A stretch of DNA of 64,000 nt, taken from the NCBI GenBank assembly GCA_028023455.1, contig JAQFVV010000004.1, positions 15,314,001 to 15,378,000 on the forward strand. The letters are read 5' to 3'. Of the stretch, positions 13,469 through 26,849 are shown in pieces. Position 1 is the first letter of the stretch; each line of letters starts with the position of its first letter. The translations under genes were made by a program, and so were the position numbers. Below the pieces are notes generated by a model. That model saw only the letters and a list, made by a program, of their open reading frames with translations. It did not search any database and was not told the DNA's origin. The DNA comes from Epiperipatus broadwayi. Taxonomy: Eukaryota; Animalia; Onychophora.

Positions 13469-14263
13469 TGTACCGGGTTCGAATATGAGATGTTCGAATC
13501 CCCGGTCTCTTAGGCAGAGAAGAACATACTCAGAGAGTATGTATGTCCAAATGATAGCTATAAGATATATAACTAGCATTACATTTCCAGGACATAGCTT
13601 CTTCTTGACTGTTGAATTCAACACCAAGTTCAAAGCACTTTTTTGTTTTGTATAAACACGGGCACCAGCTATTCATCCATAAGATAAATAACGCACTTTC
13701 AATAATGGCCACTAATTCAATGCCTAAGTTACATCCATAGACTAGCTCAGTTATTGGTAATCAATAAGAATTTATTCCTTAACTAGTGGCATAAAAGAAT
13801 TGATAAAAGATTGGTAAAAGGAATTGACCAACAAATAAAGTTTTAGTTTAAAGACAATTTATTTAATTAACATTTAATATACTAATTTTAAATACTCTTA
13901 TAAATTTTAATAAAAGAACACTGGTATTTATCTAATGATCATGCACATATTAACTCATACACTCACATATATAATAATAAAGCATTAAATAGTATTTAAC
14001 ATTTAGAACACACAAATTAATAGTTCATTTTTATGTGCTATAGAGTTCATATCCTTGACTCTTGGAGGATTCACACGAATGTGATGGCTAATTTATAAAT
14101 GAGAATAAGAAAATGTTTTTACCTAGGATTTTAGAATGAGGACTTCTTGCTGTTTGCTACTTCTACTGAGATATATTTAACCGGTTAGATTTGAAGTTTC
14201 TTGAGTAGGTTTCATTCTTATTCATCGGTATTATTACTGGACACAATTAGATATTGAAGGAGA
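13469..14263 (-). mobile_element. Putative 5' LTR (copy 2 of the long direct repeat)
   Basis: Collinear with 8880-10032, lacks the MITE, and abuts the PBS-like sequence. The outer boundary is uncertain. Confidence 0.7.
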
Positions 14264-15049
14264 AGTCACAGTGCATCACATCACAAGCTTTGTTGACATA
14301 AATGCTGAGAGAGATAGAATTCAATGAGGAAACAATAGCCATTAAATTGAGATAAATGTTATCTTTTAATGTTACTAAGAAATTATCAATTACTACTAAT
14401 TAACAATTCCTGAGGCTAAGCAAGTTTTTCTCATAAACCTACAATAGGTCCTTTATTGGGTGTCTTTGAAGTAAAAGGACCCACTTTACTTCAAAACTTT
14501 CCAACAAATTACTCACTTTGAATATTTTGAATTATTTTAGTTTTGTGTATTTTTGCTTCAATCATTTGTGATTAGTCTATTCTGTTTCTTTTCTCAAAAC
14601 AATACTCAAGATTAACATAAAATGCTTTTTAGAAAGTTTATTTTTCATCTACTTTACATACCCAGTACAATGAAGATTAATTTTTAATTTATAGATTCAA
14701 TACCATGACTTCAGCAAGCTGTTAGATATACCAATGTATATATGATCTTAAAATATTATAGGTCATTGTGTAACAAAACTTAGTTTAAGTGATACCAATA
14801 AGAGATACACAACTAACTTTCCATACAATAAATTTTGCAAAATAATAGCACTATATACAACTAATTTAACAGAAGTTGTATGTCACTATGATAAACACTT
14901 CTACTGTTTAACTTATGCTGCAGCACGTTAGAATCTTTGCTTCACTTCAACATATAAATCTGCCTTTCGACCTGAAAAGCTATCAAGATGTTGACATTCT
15001 CAAATGAAAAACTTTCCAAATTAAAAGTGACTGGAGATTTTTTTATCAT

Positions 15050-15760
15050 AGATTAATAATGCATTTGAAGTTTTTGAACAATTATTACCTAATCATAATC
15101 TTTGTAGGTTGCATCTAAAATATTAAGAATATTTTGTGGATCAGCTTTTCAATTAGAAACATTAGCACAATCATCACCGTTTTGTAAATCTAGAAACCAA
15201 TAAGATGATGATTTTATTTTTAATCAATTCAAACATATATTGTATCTTAATACCTTTTTTTATAAATATCTTATAATTTGTTTCAAACATTACTGTCACA
15301 AAAATGGAAAACAAAGTTGGAAATAATACTCTTCTTACCAGTTTTCATATCAAATGTCTCAGATTTGCGACTAATAGTAATAGCTTTTTCTCTCATCTAT
15401 TATTGTAATACCAATAATCTTTGATGGACATCCTGTTAATTTCAAACATTGCCCAAATCTTCTTTATTAAGTAACTCAAATGTCTTACTTAAATCAATAA
15501 AATCAGTATACAAAAAAACTAATTACTTCCAACCATGTCTGTAGTAATTTTTAATTTTTTAATACCACTATGAATGTTCATTGTTTAATTACCAGTTATT
15601 TATGAGGATTAGGTTATTGCAGTCTTTTCTATCTCCTTTATTTTTGTAAATTGGAACAACAGAGGTATTTTGAGGTAAGAAAGTATGAGCTATTGAAAAT
15701 CATAACAAATATTATGAAGTACTTGAAAAAAAGTAGTCTAGATTGATATAAAGAGCAGAC
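15050..15760 (-). mobile_element. Degenerate RTE-like LINE reverse transcriptase fragment
   Basis: Minus-strand motifs SVVPIYKNKGD (15664-15632) and FIDLSKTF (15501-15478), with many stops. Confidence 0.7.
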
Positions 15761-16167
15761 CTTTAAAATTGACGATAATGATCAATTGATTTATATATGT
15801 AATAATTAAATACATATTTTTCAACATTATATATACTTTTTAGTTATAATTAATTAACTAAATGGTGTTAATTTCTCTTTTCAGCACCAATTGTTGTTAG
15901 TATTCTAGTGCTTTGCAAATGCAGAATGTGTATTTGCAGTAATATATACAAATAAAATGTCCATTAATTAAAAACTATTGTAATAACAAAATTCAGGCTC
16001 ATGGGATTGAACTGATGACAGTTGCTATATTACGTTTTTTAAATCTAATGGCAGTTGAAGAGGATTAATGAATTAACCAAAAGTACTTCTTCAGATTGAA
16101 AAGACTGTATATAATAATTAATTACCATTATATTTATTAATTTTATTGTTATTAACAGTATTGTTAA

Positions 16168-16388
16168 AAGGAGGTTGCCTTGACAACAGTTTGAGATTGT
16201 TAATTGTTATCTATATTGGGATTGTCTAAATGTTGACTGGTTTCTAATAGTTATATATATATAATAAAAAAACTAATAATGTTCAAGGCTAGTTAGGTTT
16301 ATAAATGTAAATTCATTGAAAGCAGTCAACACCTAAACAATGCCAATATGAATAACATATAACAATCTTTTATCAAGGCAACCTCCTC
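16168..16388. mobile_element. TTAA-flanked MITE (Kolobok-like termini)
   Basis: TTAA|AAGGAGGTTGCCTTGA ... TCAAGGCAACCTCCTC|TTAA, with imperfect inverted arms of ~85 bp. Confidence 0.75.
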
Positions 16389-18980
16389 TTAACAATAAAA
16401 GTGGAAATCCACCTTTATTTATGGTATAACATGTTTATATATACACTAAAGATTGCAACTTAACCACACAGAATAAAATTATTGATACAAAGAAGTTTAA
16501 TTAAACTTCATTAAACAGGCAGTAAAAGACCTACAGTTTTTCTGTCTTTCTCCTGCTGCAATCTTTGATGAACTGCAACTCAATTTTATGTTGAATACCA
16601 TTAAATTCAATTATTTGAGAACCGTTATTTAAAAAGTGATTGAAGTACTGCTTCAAAATGTTATATTAGAAAAACAGCATTTCACCCATTATGTAAATAT
16701 GATTGTTATATTTTAAATCTATATTCACTTATGCCCTCGTACAATGACACTTCATACAATGATTTATATAGTGATTATTCTTAATTTGTATCCACTACTT
16801 CAATAAACAAATAAGTATTCTGCACAGCAATATTTAAAAAATACCTTTTTTTTAAAAAAAAAATGCAATTTTTTAATAGGTGACCATTTTGTTTTACATT
16901 GTCCCTATAGAATGCTGAGTACATTATTAAAACAACATAATTTTGAAAAATCTTTGAATATATATAATAATAAAGAACCCTAAAAATATATTCAAAATTT
17001 ATATATTAATTAAAATATGAATTACCTGTTATTTAATATCTTTATATTAGAATTGTACCTTCTCTAAATGATTTTTTTCATAAACAAGTAATCTCAGCAA
17101 AAAAATTACTTTTTAATTATTAATTGCTTAATTAAAACAAAAAAAACTTTGATTATATTTAGTATAAAACATTCATTAAAAGTAAATTGAAAAATCTATA
17201 CATTAGTTAAAATATTATTTATTTACTTAATTTTCATTTAATGTGTTTGACATAATAGAACTGTCAATTTGTATCAAGGCAAAATACCATTTATTGTAAA
17301 TCTAAACAATCTTTACTAAAAAGTGTAGTTTTATTTATCTCCATTATATAAAAATTTTATATTATGTACAATAATAAACTGCATTAAAAATATCTATCAT
17401 ACATTACATTTATTAATCTATTGTTTTATTTAATTTGAGTACATCAGCCATATTATACAAAATGCCATGTCTCAATTTATAATTTCAAAAAAAAATTAAA
17501 TAACATATTAAATAATTATTTAAAAAAATGATATGTGAAATGCAAAAATAAATTTTAAAAGGTACATAATGTTAACTTTAATTTTCTTTTTCCTTCACAT
17601 GTTTAATTTAATTTAATAATTATGATTTAATGAAACATCAATCTCAATGGTATGATTTCAATGTAGTAACAGCAATGTGTAAAATATTTAATGTTATCAA
17701 AAAGAAAAATACAGCAACTATATTCTTACTAATAAACAGTTTATAAAAGTTAGTGTTTTTATTTTTATTAAAATATTATTATTAATATTTGGTCATTAAT
17801 TAGTACTTTGTCTCAATTTCAAACTTTTTTATTGTCAGATATACAAAATTTATAGCATATTTTGAATCTATGGTAATCAATTATTTTACCATAGAAAACC
17901 TTATTTTTTACACAAGATTTTTAATTTGTGATGAGTTTTGGAAAGCAATTGTCCTCATTTTCTGAGATAAAGCAATAATTTCAATACATAAAAAAAGAAA
18001 TCAAAAGTGTTCATTATCAGCAAATGGTTATATTTTTTGTAGATTTAATAAATTATGTAGTTAATTTTTCTTGGCATTTGTTGATCTTTTAATCTTTAAG
18101 TCTCCATAATGCTTTGAAGCTCATTTATTTTATAATTCAGACAAGCAGAGAATCCCATATATACATATGCATGTTGTTAAAAAAAAATGCTAAAGAAATT
18201 TTTATACAGTTAGAAAAAGTTACCCCCCCCCTTCTCAATCAGGGTGTTAATACAAAATAAAGGTGAGAAATATATTCCGGAATAATTCAGTGATGAGAAT
18301 ATTTAAAGTTTACAAATTCAATGAAACATAGCTATACAATTGATATTATGAAACTATGAAGCTAATTGTGGTTGCTATAGTGATTTAGAAAATATAAGTA
18401 AGAAGATTATCTTTGATCACGTTGATAGTTCCTCTGAAGATAATGAATAAACCTTTCAAAAATAAATTTAATGTCCTTAGCAAAAATTCAGAACTATTAA
18501 GTTTTCAGGTATGTAATTTGGACACAACAACATCTTTTTGGTAATTTTTGGTATGAAAGAAGCAGGTATTTAACCATGGCAGTTAAATATTTAACAATGA
18601 AATGAGGGATAATAGCTTTTCTGTTGGGTGTGCAAATGCAAATTATATTCTATAAATAATATTATATTATAAACATAAATATTTGTATGGTATTTTGTCT
18701 GCTTAATTATTTATTATTAATCTAATCTGGTCTCTCATAGTTATAGTAAAAAGCAATAATAGACACTATTTTTCTTTCATTAAGTCTTTAATAATTAATA
18801 TTGATTATATGTATGCATTTTTTATTTTTTAAAAAGATTTGTATAAAATTATGTAGAATAAATAACAACAAATGATAATAAACATTGATTTTTAAAAAAA
18901 AAAGTCAATATAATAATGTAGTTAGTACAGGTGATGATTCATTATGCATATTAATCAACAAATTTACTATCAAGTGAAAC

Positions 18981-19500
18981 GAACTCAGACTTTCACACGA
19001 CCCTCAACTCTCCATGCCATCTCATATTGCTCACCCACCTGATCACACCCATACCTCACATACATATGTAAATGGATTATTCTCCGGTACATGAGAGGTC
19101 AGAATGACTAATTTCAACATGGGTAGGATGGCAACTTTTGGCACTAATGTGGGCTTTGAACGTTCCATCATCAGATTTTCAATAAAATGGATGGTTGAAG
19201 AGTTGTGGGTTGGAGTAGTTTGAAGCCTGTCCATTAAAGTATGAAAATTGGCTATCTTAATGTAAAGCTGAGCACTGATTGTATATATGTGTGGAGAGAT
19301 AGTAATCTGGACCAACTGATGATTGCTTGTTTAGCATGAAATACATATATTGGTGATTATTTATCTTTTCAATGTGTGTGTGATCAGGTGGGTCAGCAAT
19401 ATGAGATGGCATGGAGAGTTGTGGGGTGTGTAGAAGTCTGAGTTTGAATCCCTTATATATTACAGTATATATGTGCAGATGTGTATAAGCCTGTACAGTG
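18981..19500 (+). mobile_element. HHR-bearing repeat (Penelope pseudo-LTR-like) with an inverted partial copy at its 5' side
   Basis: 18981-19050 is the reverse complement of 19378-19445. 19090-19370 aligns to 46970-47260. Confidence 0.7.
19311..19354 (+). ncRNA. Minimal type I hammerhead motif (stem II degenerate)
   Basis: ACCAA-CTGATGA-TTGCTTGTTTAGCAT-GAAA-TACATAT-A-TTGGT. Perfect 5-bp stem I and intact core, but G10.1 is changed to T. Confidence 0.65.
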
Positions 19501-20305
19501 TATTAAATTACATCAAGTGAAATATAAGCATGTAATTTTAGATTTAAAATTATTGATTTACAAAGCATAACAAAGAATTCAATTCCCAGTATGAGTATGT
19601 GATTCTAGAATCCAAATTGCAATAGTGTTAATTTTTGTAACTTTTATGATCAAAATAGATTGGAGAGAAAGATTCTGTGCTGATATTTGTGGACCACTTA
19701 ACAAATGAAACATATTTTATTAGTAGATTCTATGTTTTGGCAATAAAAATGAGATCATTAAAACTAAACAGTTTAAACTCCATAGTTATGATAGGGGTAT
19801 CTTTAGGCAGGGTGACATCACTTTTGCCTTAAGAAATATTCACAATTAATACTTTATATAAAACCATAATTTGGAAGGCAATCATATTTCAAGTAGTAGA
19901 AAATCTTCCACTGTATTGATAAAGTGTATATTTGTCATTATTATTTTACATTAACTTTTGATATATAACCTTTTGGAATTATTTTGTACTGTTGTAAATA
20001 AATTTTAAAAAATGATATCAATTGTCATTAATTATTGAAGTCTCAACTTGTTCTCAAATAATGACATCTATTTGTTTGATTTAGGATATTGATATAATCA
20101 TTGCTATTTAACAGTTCATGGATAAGAAAATTAAACAATATAACACATTTAATTGGGGATAAGATTATTATGTTTAACAAAAATTGCAATTAAAGAAAAA
20201 TTGGTGATAGTAAATCCATCAAATTTATGAAATGACTTGCTCTTATAAATGTCAAAATTCATGACCAGATCACCATTTGTTATGCTTGCTCATAACTGTT
20301 ATTAA

Positions 20306-20449
20306 AACAGGCAAAACTCTCCATACAATAGTGCCACTCAGTTCAAGCCATCTAGTAGGCACTAGATAGGGATTTTCAAGCCTTCTGGCATCCATTGATT
20401 AATCTGGCTTACACTGAGTGGCTCTACTGTATGGAGAGTTTTGCCTGTT
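20306..20449. mobile_element. TTAA-flanked MITE, 144 bp (Kolobok-like termini)
   Basis: TTAA|AACAGGCAAAACTCTCCATACA ... TGTATGGAGAGTTTTGCCTGTT|TTAA. Confidence 0.85.
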
Positions 20450-21289
20450 TTAAATGGCAAAATTATGAATAAAAAATATTTCTGCTAATTATTTTTTAAC
20501 CAAAATCAGATTTGAATTACTAAACATTAGAATATTATATCTAAACAATAACAATCATTTATGCCAATTTTGTATTATGTGTCATCCTTTTAGCATAGTT
20601 TATTCTAGCATCCTATATTTAAGCTTACATCACAAGCTTCTTTGAATTATGATGTTTATAGAACTGTATTATTAAATAATGAAAGCTCATGAAAGTTATA
20701 TATTGTTTAACTTCTTTGTTTATGAACTGTTTAATTGCATTAATGTTATAAAGCAAATAGATATTATTACTTTAGTATAAGTTGAGACTCTTGAAATCTC
20801 AAAATCCTATTCAAAATTTTAATTCTGAATCCTGAGACTATGATCACAAATTATGTAATAAACTGTGTAAATCATTGTATTTATTATTATTAAATTAATA
20901 TATTTACTACTATTTGGGTTGTTTTTCAGTATTTTAATTATTAGTTTAATTAAATACTGCCTAATGCATACTAGTAATGAATAAAATAGAAAATCATAGA
21001 ACATACAAAACTAGACAAAAAACAAAATTTTATTAAAATTCTCTCACGACCATCATTTCATCTATCAGCAAATAAACCTTCTCAAGTGAAATTTTGCAAG
21101 ATACAAGCAACATATATATATATAGAAAACAAAATAACCTTTCCATAATTCACTTCAAAAACTAACTACCTTTAACATTAAAGAATATCTTCATGTGATA
21201 ACCGTAGATTCAAAAACATTGGTGTTTTTTTTTTTTTTTGCTATTCTTTTTAATTCGTTTTTTCCATAAAATATAACTTTTGTATTGTC

Positions 21290-24240
21290 AAATAATATTT
21301 TATGAACTTTAACTCTTTCATTAAACTTAATTTACTTGGAATTGTATAAATTTTACAACAACAGCAAGGAATCATATAAACCAGGGGTGGGCAATTGTTT
21401 TGGCTTGAGGGCCACAGAGGTTGGTGGAGGGCCACATCGGGGGCCACTTTGTAAAAGTGAAGGTTAGCGGAGGGCCACACCTTTTTTTCATGATGCAATA
21501 AACACACTGCTTTATTCCCTGTATTACCAAAGAAATATTTGTTTGTTCATTCTTCATTAAACACATGACATTCATCACCGATTTTTTTGGAGGGTTCATG
21601 GTTTCACTAAAGTTGAAAATGTATATATTTGCTAATGCAAAGACAAAATTGAAATTAACTAGATCAACTGGAAAAGCCCTGCACATAGTGTCTACACTGT
21701 GCATGTGTATTGATGTGGCCATCCTAGTGGAAAATAAGAGACGAATCTTCGGTCATGCACAGGAAGGAAATCTCAGTTCAAGATGGATTTTCCTGATTGT
21801 CTTGGAGGGCCGCTATTTGCCCACCCCTGATATAAACTATACCAGGAATACATTTGCTATCAATTGAGTGTTTAAAACTATTTAATAATGAATTTAAATC
21901 AAGGCCTTTCTTCCGGGTCACTTTCATACCACCCCATAAATGACTATTATTGTAAACCAATCTATAAATTGGTCACTTGAATGGTAAAGAAATAAATTAT
22001 TTTATTTTCACTAACAATTACATTTTTTTTTTTATTAGGACTATACATATTTTTATTAAATATAATATTATTAATTCATGATTATAATATAAATCAATAT
22101 AATCAGAAGCAAATTGCATTCCTGTGCAGGCATTATTTTCAAAATTATTAAGCTTTCTATTCCTATAACAAAAATTCAGTTTTTTTTTATAAGTAAAAAG
22201 TTGATAACTGTCTGACCTCATCATAGTTCTTAAATTCTTTTTGTTTAATAAAATGACTGAAAAATAAAACATTATCAACTTCATCAAACTTAAATCAAGA
22301 AATTTTTATTTAACAAACTGGATAGTATAATTAATATTAGAATCAAAAGCATTTAATCTATCAAAAAATCCACATTATTTTCTGAATAACACTCAAACAA
22401 TCATCAACCTAGCTATCAAATAATTTTAATGAAACAGAAAAATGATTAATACTACTATTCTCAAAAAAATTAATATAGTCAGAATGCATTACAGGGGAAA
22501 TAACATAATCAATAACCCAGCACTTTCTCATCTTATAAAACAGATTATTACATGTAAAATACATAGAATCCTTTAATAATAATAGAAAATTACGAATAAT
22601 CTTAATCCTATCTGCAGAAAATATTCTTGCTCCTTTATAATAATAAAAAATATATTAATATTTTTTATTCTATCAACTGATTGATACATATTTTCAATAT
22701 TTAAACTACCAAAAATACAGTAATTCTTTAAACAACATATTCTGAAACCACAAGAGGTGATAGATGAATATTCAAAATGTTATGGCCTAAAATTTAACCT
22801 GGCAAGTCTGCAGCTTGGAGGTTGATCTCAGAACAAATGGTTGCCTCGAGATTTGTGGCCAAGCCACAGAAATTCCTCGGTTTCCCAATGCACTTGTCTT
22901 CAGTTTCAATGAGAAGCAATATCCAACAATCCATGCTGGAGGTTGCCAAAAGATAACCACGTCATTGTCTGGGATATATCTTTCCATCTATGGTACAGTC
23001 ACATTATTAAACATGATGGTATTGACAAAGATTAATTATTATCTCTCTGTGATTAAGCCCACTAAACGGTTCATCTCGAAAATTGCATCCTTATGCTCTG
23101 AGCTGTTCTGGAAAAAGAAAGCAGCAGCAATAATCTACAGACAGATGCAATGACCCAGGGCCATTAATGGAATGAGTTTCCATGACATTTCTACCTTATC
23201 ATTCCAGAAGTCTTACAATTTTCTCCATAAATTAAAAATGAATCAACAGAATGAAGAAATTCCAACACTCATCATTCCAACAGACCAGCCTCCACCTCCA
23301 TGTAGAAGAAACTGGCTGGATTTCCAAGTAAATGAGCTTATGAAATGCATAACAATCAATAAAGACACATTCCAAAACAAATTAACATACTGGCAGGCCT
23401 TTAGTATGAAGCACACTGACTTAAAAGACCATCTCTCAAGTTTAGCCATCGCAAATGATAAATTAATAAACATCACATGACCACCATCTCTTATGCCTGT
23501 TTTAAATGATAAATTAATAAGGAAATTCAAAAGATGTAGCTTAGAGTCCAAATATCTGGATTATTTAATCAAAATCAATGTAAATGCATTACCTACTAAT
23601 AAATTTTTAGTTAATAAAAGAGGGTACTCAAAACCATCAATCATTTCAGATTCAGATGTAATCAGCTAATGCAACTTAAAAATACACTAATGAGTCAGAT
23701 TAAGGCAAATCAATCTAAATTATTTAATTTGAAAGAATGTATCAGAAAAGGATCATACCCAGAAATTAGACTCTCATTAATTCTTGATCATCTATTGTGG
23801 ATTATTAGATGTAAGCTAGTATTTAATCATCAAAATTTTAATCCTATTAACTTCATGCTGGATTTATCCTCTCCATGGCCCAACCAATAGCAGAATGCTC
23901 CGAAAAAGAGAAAACAGAAGAGTAATTGATTCAAATTTGGGAATACCAAATGAAGGAATGAGAAAACACTTTGAACAAAATATGTTCCAAATAACATTTA
24001 ATGTAATAATGTAATCTTTAATAAATTATTTTGGAAACTAACAACTCCATTTATTTTATCAAATGCCTCCAAAGAAGAAGATACACAAAATTGATCTAAA
24101 TTTATATAATTCTTAAAACATCTTGTAAGAAATTTTATTACCAATCTCTCCTGTAAAGTCAAAAATACAACTTAAAAGAAAATTATCTTTATGAGACTTC
24201 AAATGAAAGAAAACTTTAGTTGTATTATTGACTTTACAGA
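21290..24240 (+). mobile_element. Degenerate L1/Tx1-clade LINE (ORF2 remnant)
   Basis: Post-RT motifs EYSKCYGLKFN, KFLGFP and LSIYGTVTLLNMMVLTKINYYL...IASLCSELFWKK...NGMSFHDI (22760-23190), typical of L1/Tx1 ORF2. Multiple stops and frameshifts. Ends are approximate. Confidence 0.7.
21382..21829. mobile_element. hAT (Charlie-like) MITE, 448 bp, nested in the LINE
   Basis: TIRs CAGGGGTGGGCAA/TTGCCCACCCCTG. 8-bp TSD ATATAAAC at 21374-21381 and 21830-21837. Confidence 0.93.
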
Positions 24241-24244
24241 AGGA

Positions 24245-24580
24245 ATTGTTATTCCTAGGAGTTAATTTGCTTCTAATGATATTCATTTAGATTATAATCA
24301 TGAATTTATTAGAAATAGTATATTTAATAAAAATGTTTGTAGGCCTGATAATACAAATTTAATTGTTAAGTAGAATAAAGAGTTTATATCTTTACAATCA
24401 ATTTATAGATTGGTTTATAAGAATAGTCATTTATTGGGTGTGTATGAAAATGGCTTGGAAGAAAGGCCTTGATTTGTCAATTGATGGTAAATTATTTCTG
24501 GTATAGTTTATAAAATTTATATAAGCCAAAGTAAATCAAGTCTTAATGAAAGAGTTAAAGTTCATGAGAGTAGAGTTAAA
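24245..24580 (-). mobile_element. Inverted fragment homologous to 21300-22130 (MITE excluded)
   Basis: For example AAATCAAGGCCTTTCTTCC and TAAACCAATCTATAAATTG (21897-21970) recur as reverse complements at 24390-24472. Confidence 0.8.
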
Positions 24581-25111
24581 AATAGCTATCATAGCTCAGT
24601 TTTGTATATTCATGAACTGAATATTAATTACATGACAATACCGAGTTTATCTTTTATCGGGGGGGGGGGGGTGAATCAAAAATAAGAGTTCAAGAAATAC
24701 TGATGATAAATCTTCTTGCATCTTAGGCCATCACTCTCATAAAGGTATCCTTTGATATTAAAGGCAGTTGTTTTTTGAAGTGAATTATGGGAAATCTATT
24801 TTGTTTTATATATATATATATGTTATTTGTATCTCATTGAATTTTACTTGAGAAGATCTAGTTATTAATAGATGAAATCATGGTTGTGAGAATTTTTTTT
24901 TTTTAATTTAATTTTTGGCTAGTTTGTTTATGTTATATGATTTTTTATCTTTTACTATGTTCTTGGAAAATATATGAAGTATAGAATAGAATACAAATTC
25001 ACAATTACAATATATTGTATTTATTGATTATCATATTTGCCTTCCTTGCCCATGAACTTGGGTTCAAATTTAATTTAGATAAAAATTGTTTGCTAAATTG
25101 ATATTTAATTA

Positions 25112-25258
25112 AAAGAGATTTGAACTCAGGCTTTCAAGCTCCCTTCAATTGTCCACTCCCTCTTATACAACCAATACACTATCCACATACATGTGAAAAA
25201 GATAAATGAACTCCAATATATGTATTTTATGCTGAACCAGTACTCATCAGTTGATCCC
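25112..25258 (-). mobile_element. Truncated copy of the HHR-bearing repeat
   Basis: Reverse complement aligns to 47190-47335 and 61800-61940. Confidence 0.85.
25211..25256 (-). ncRNA. Minimal type I hammerhead motif, G12 changed to A
   Basis: GATCAA-CTGATGA-GTACTGGTTCAGCAT-AAAA-TACATAT-A-TTGGAG. Confidence 0.65.
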
Positions 25259-26211
25259 ATTTACACAAACTTTCATTGAGAGAAAGCATGATTTAACTTA
25301 TGAAGTGATATATAGTCTTTAAGGTATTTGTGTTATTGATCTTGTCTTTGCAACTTATCTTTCTAGTTTTTCTCAAATTCTCCAAGATTCTTCTATATAA
25401 ATAAAGTAACACAAGCTTAAATTCTAATTCTGTCTTCGAAGAAATGATTGAAATCTAACACTTTAAAATTCTGAACTGGAAACCAGATACTGAAGACAGA
25501 CAATGCCTTAAATAAATTAATCATACTTTGTGTAATGTGAAAAATGCAATCACTGCATTTGCAGAAGGTATTTTTTCATCCATATCGTTTTGGCAATTGT
25601 TTATTTAGAGTTTTTGGTCTGCAAGTTTAATTTTCTTTTTAACAGCTTGGCTAATGGATGCATTTTAGATATGAATCATCTTAATCTACTTAATAGCTAT
25701 GAAATGAAAATTCACTTTTTATTTAATTTTAAAGAAGGATATTTAACAATAGATAAAAATTCTAGAATGAATTCGATGGCAGAAATAATACAACCACCAA
25801 TAAAATACTTTTCATCCTTTTACTCATAAGGCATCTCCATATGATGAGCTGTTGGGAATGAGTTTCTTCTCACTCTTCGATTTCTATAATGGCAAACTCA
25901 CAAGTTAGCCATTTCTATTTACAAACAGCAAAATTATGTAAACACAGAATAGGTTCGAACAGTGCAATGGCATAAGGCACGGCATTTGTCAACTCTCTGA
26001 GCCTGTGTGGTCTACTTTTTTTTTTCCCCAAAAAAATCAAGAAGTAAATCAAAACATCTTATTACTTGTAAATATATGAAATTTATTAAGCGCAAGCAGT
26101 TGACATAGTAATAACGTGAAAGGCTAAAACCTTCGGCAGATGCTTATTACTTGCTAAATATGATTACGTTTCGTTTTTTTTTTTGTTTTTTTTTTGACAA
26201 AATTCTGTTTT

Positions 26212-26335
26212 GTTTTTTTTTTTTTTATTTTTCATATGTCAAAGCATCGGCCGGGAAGCGAACCCGCGACAACTGTCTGCAAGACACTGCTTGCAAGGCA
26301 GCTGCGCTGACCTCTCGGCTACCAACGCTTGACAA
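26212..26335 (-). mobile_element. tRNA-Gly-derived short SINE / tailed tRNA retrocopy with duplicated anticodon arm
   Basis: Minus strand reads TTGTCAA-GCGTTGGTAGCC...GGTTCGCTTCCCGGCCGATGC-TTTGACATATG-poly(A). TSD ACAAAATTCTGTTTT at 26197-26211 and 26336-26350. Confidence 0.85.
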
Positions 26336-26849
26336 ACAAAATTCTGTTTTTTTTATTACGTCCTACAAAGACTTATCACAAGCAAAATAATACAATTGTA
26401 GACGCAGAACAGATTTTCAGCTATGTAAAACGTATTTATCTAAATGTTTCGCAATGTTCTGATATTGTAATGTGAAATAAGAACAGTAAATAATTCTTTT
26501 TTTTTTTATTGCGGTAAAATCTTTATTAATAATAATAAAAAACAATAATTATATACATTTTTAAAATAGTAACTAATTATTTATACATTACATGTATATT
26601 ATTTTGTGCAATTTTATTTTCTTGAATTTTTTTTTTTTTTTTGCGAATTCAGATTAATTGTGAAGTAATATATCTTAAAATATCTAAAAAAAAAAAGTCC
26701 TTGTATGAAAACATTGCAACCCAACCCGTTTTTTATCAGGCCGGCTCTGCACACTGATATATATATATATAAACATACACATACAAGCTAACCGCGCTTA
26801 GCCAATTAATTGTGTCGTCTAAGACTAACCTTAAAAATTGCGCATTTTT

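Noticed and set aside
8823-13712. Short ORFs 8823-9107, 13427-13633, 13443-13655 and 13530-13712
   Set aside because: They are paralogous readings of the same direct repeat, disrupted differently in each copy, with no protein motif.
14946-14995. Hammerhead-like fold on the minus strand (TCAACAT...GTCGAAA...ATGTTGA)
   Set aside because: A 7-bp stem I-like pairing and CGAAA are present, but the core reads CTTGATA, stem II does not form and the UH site is out of register.
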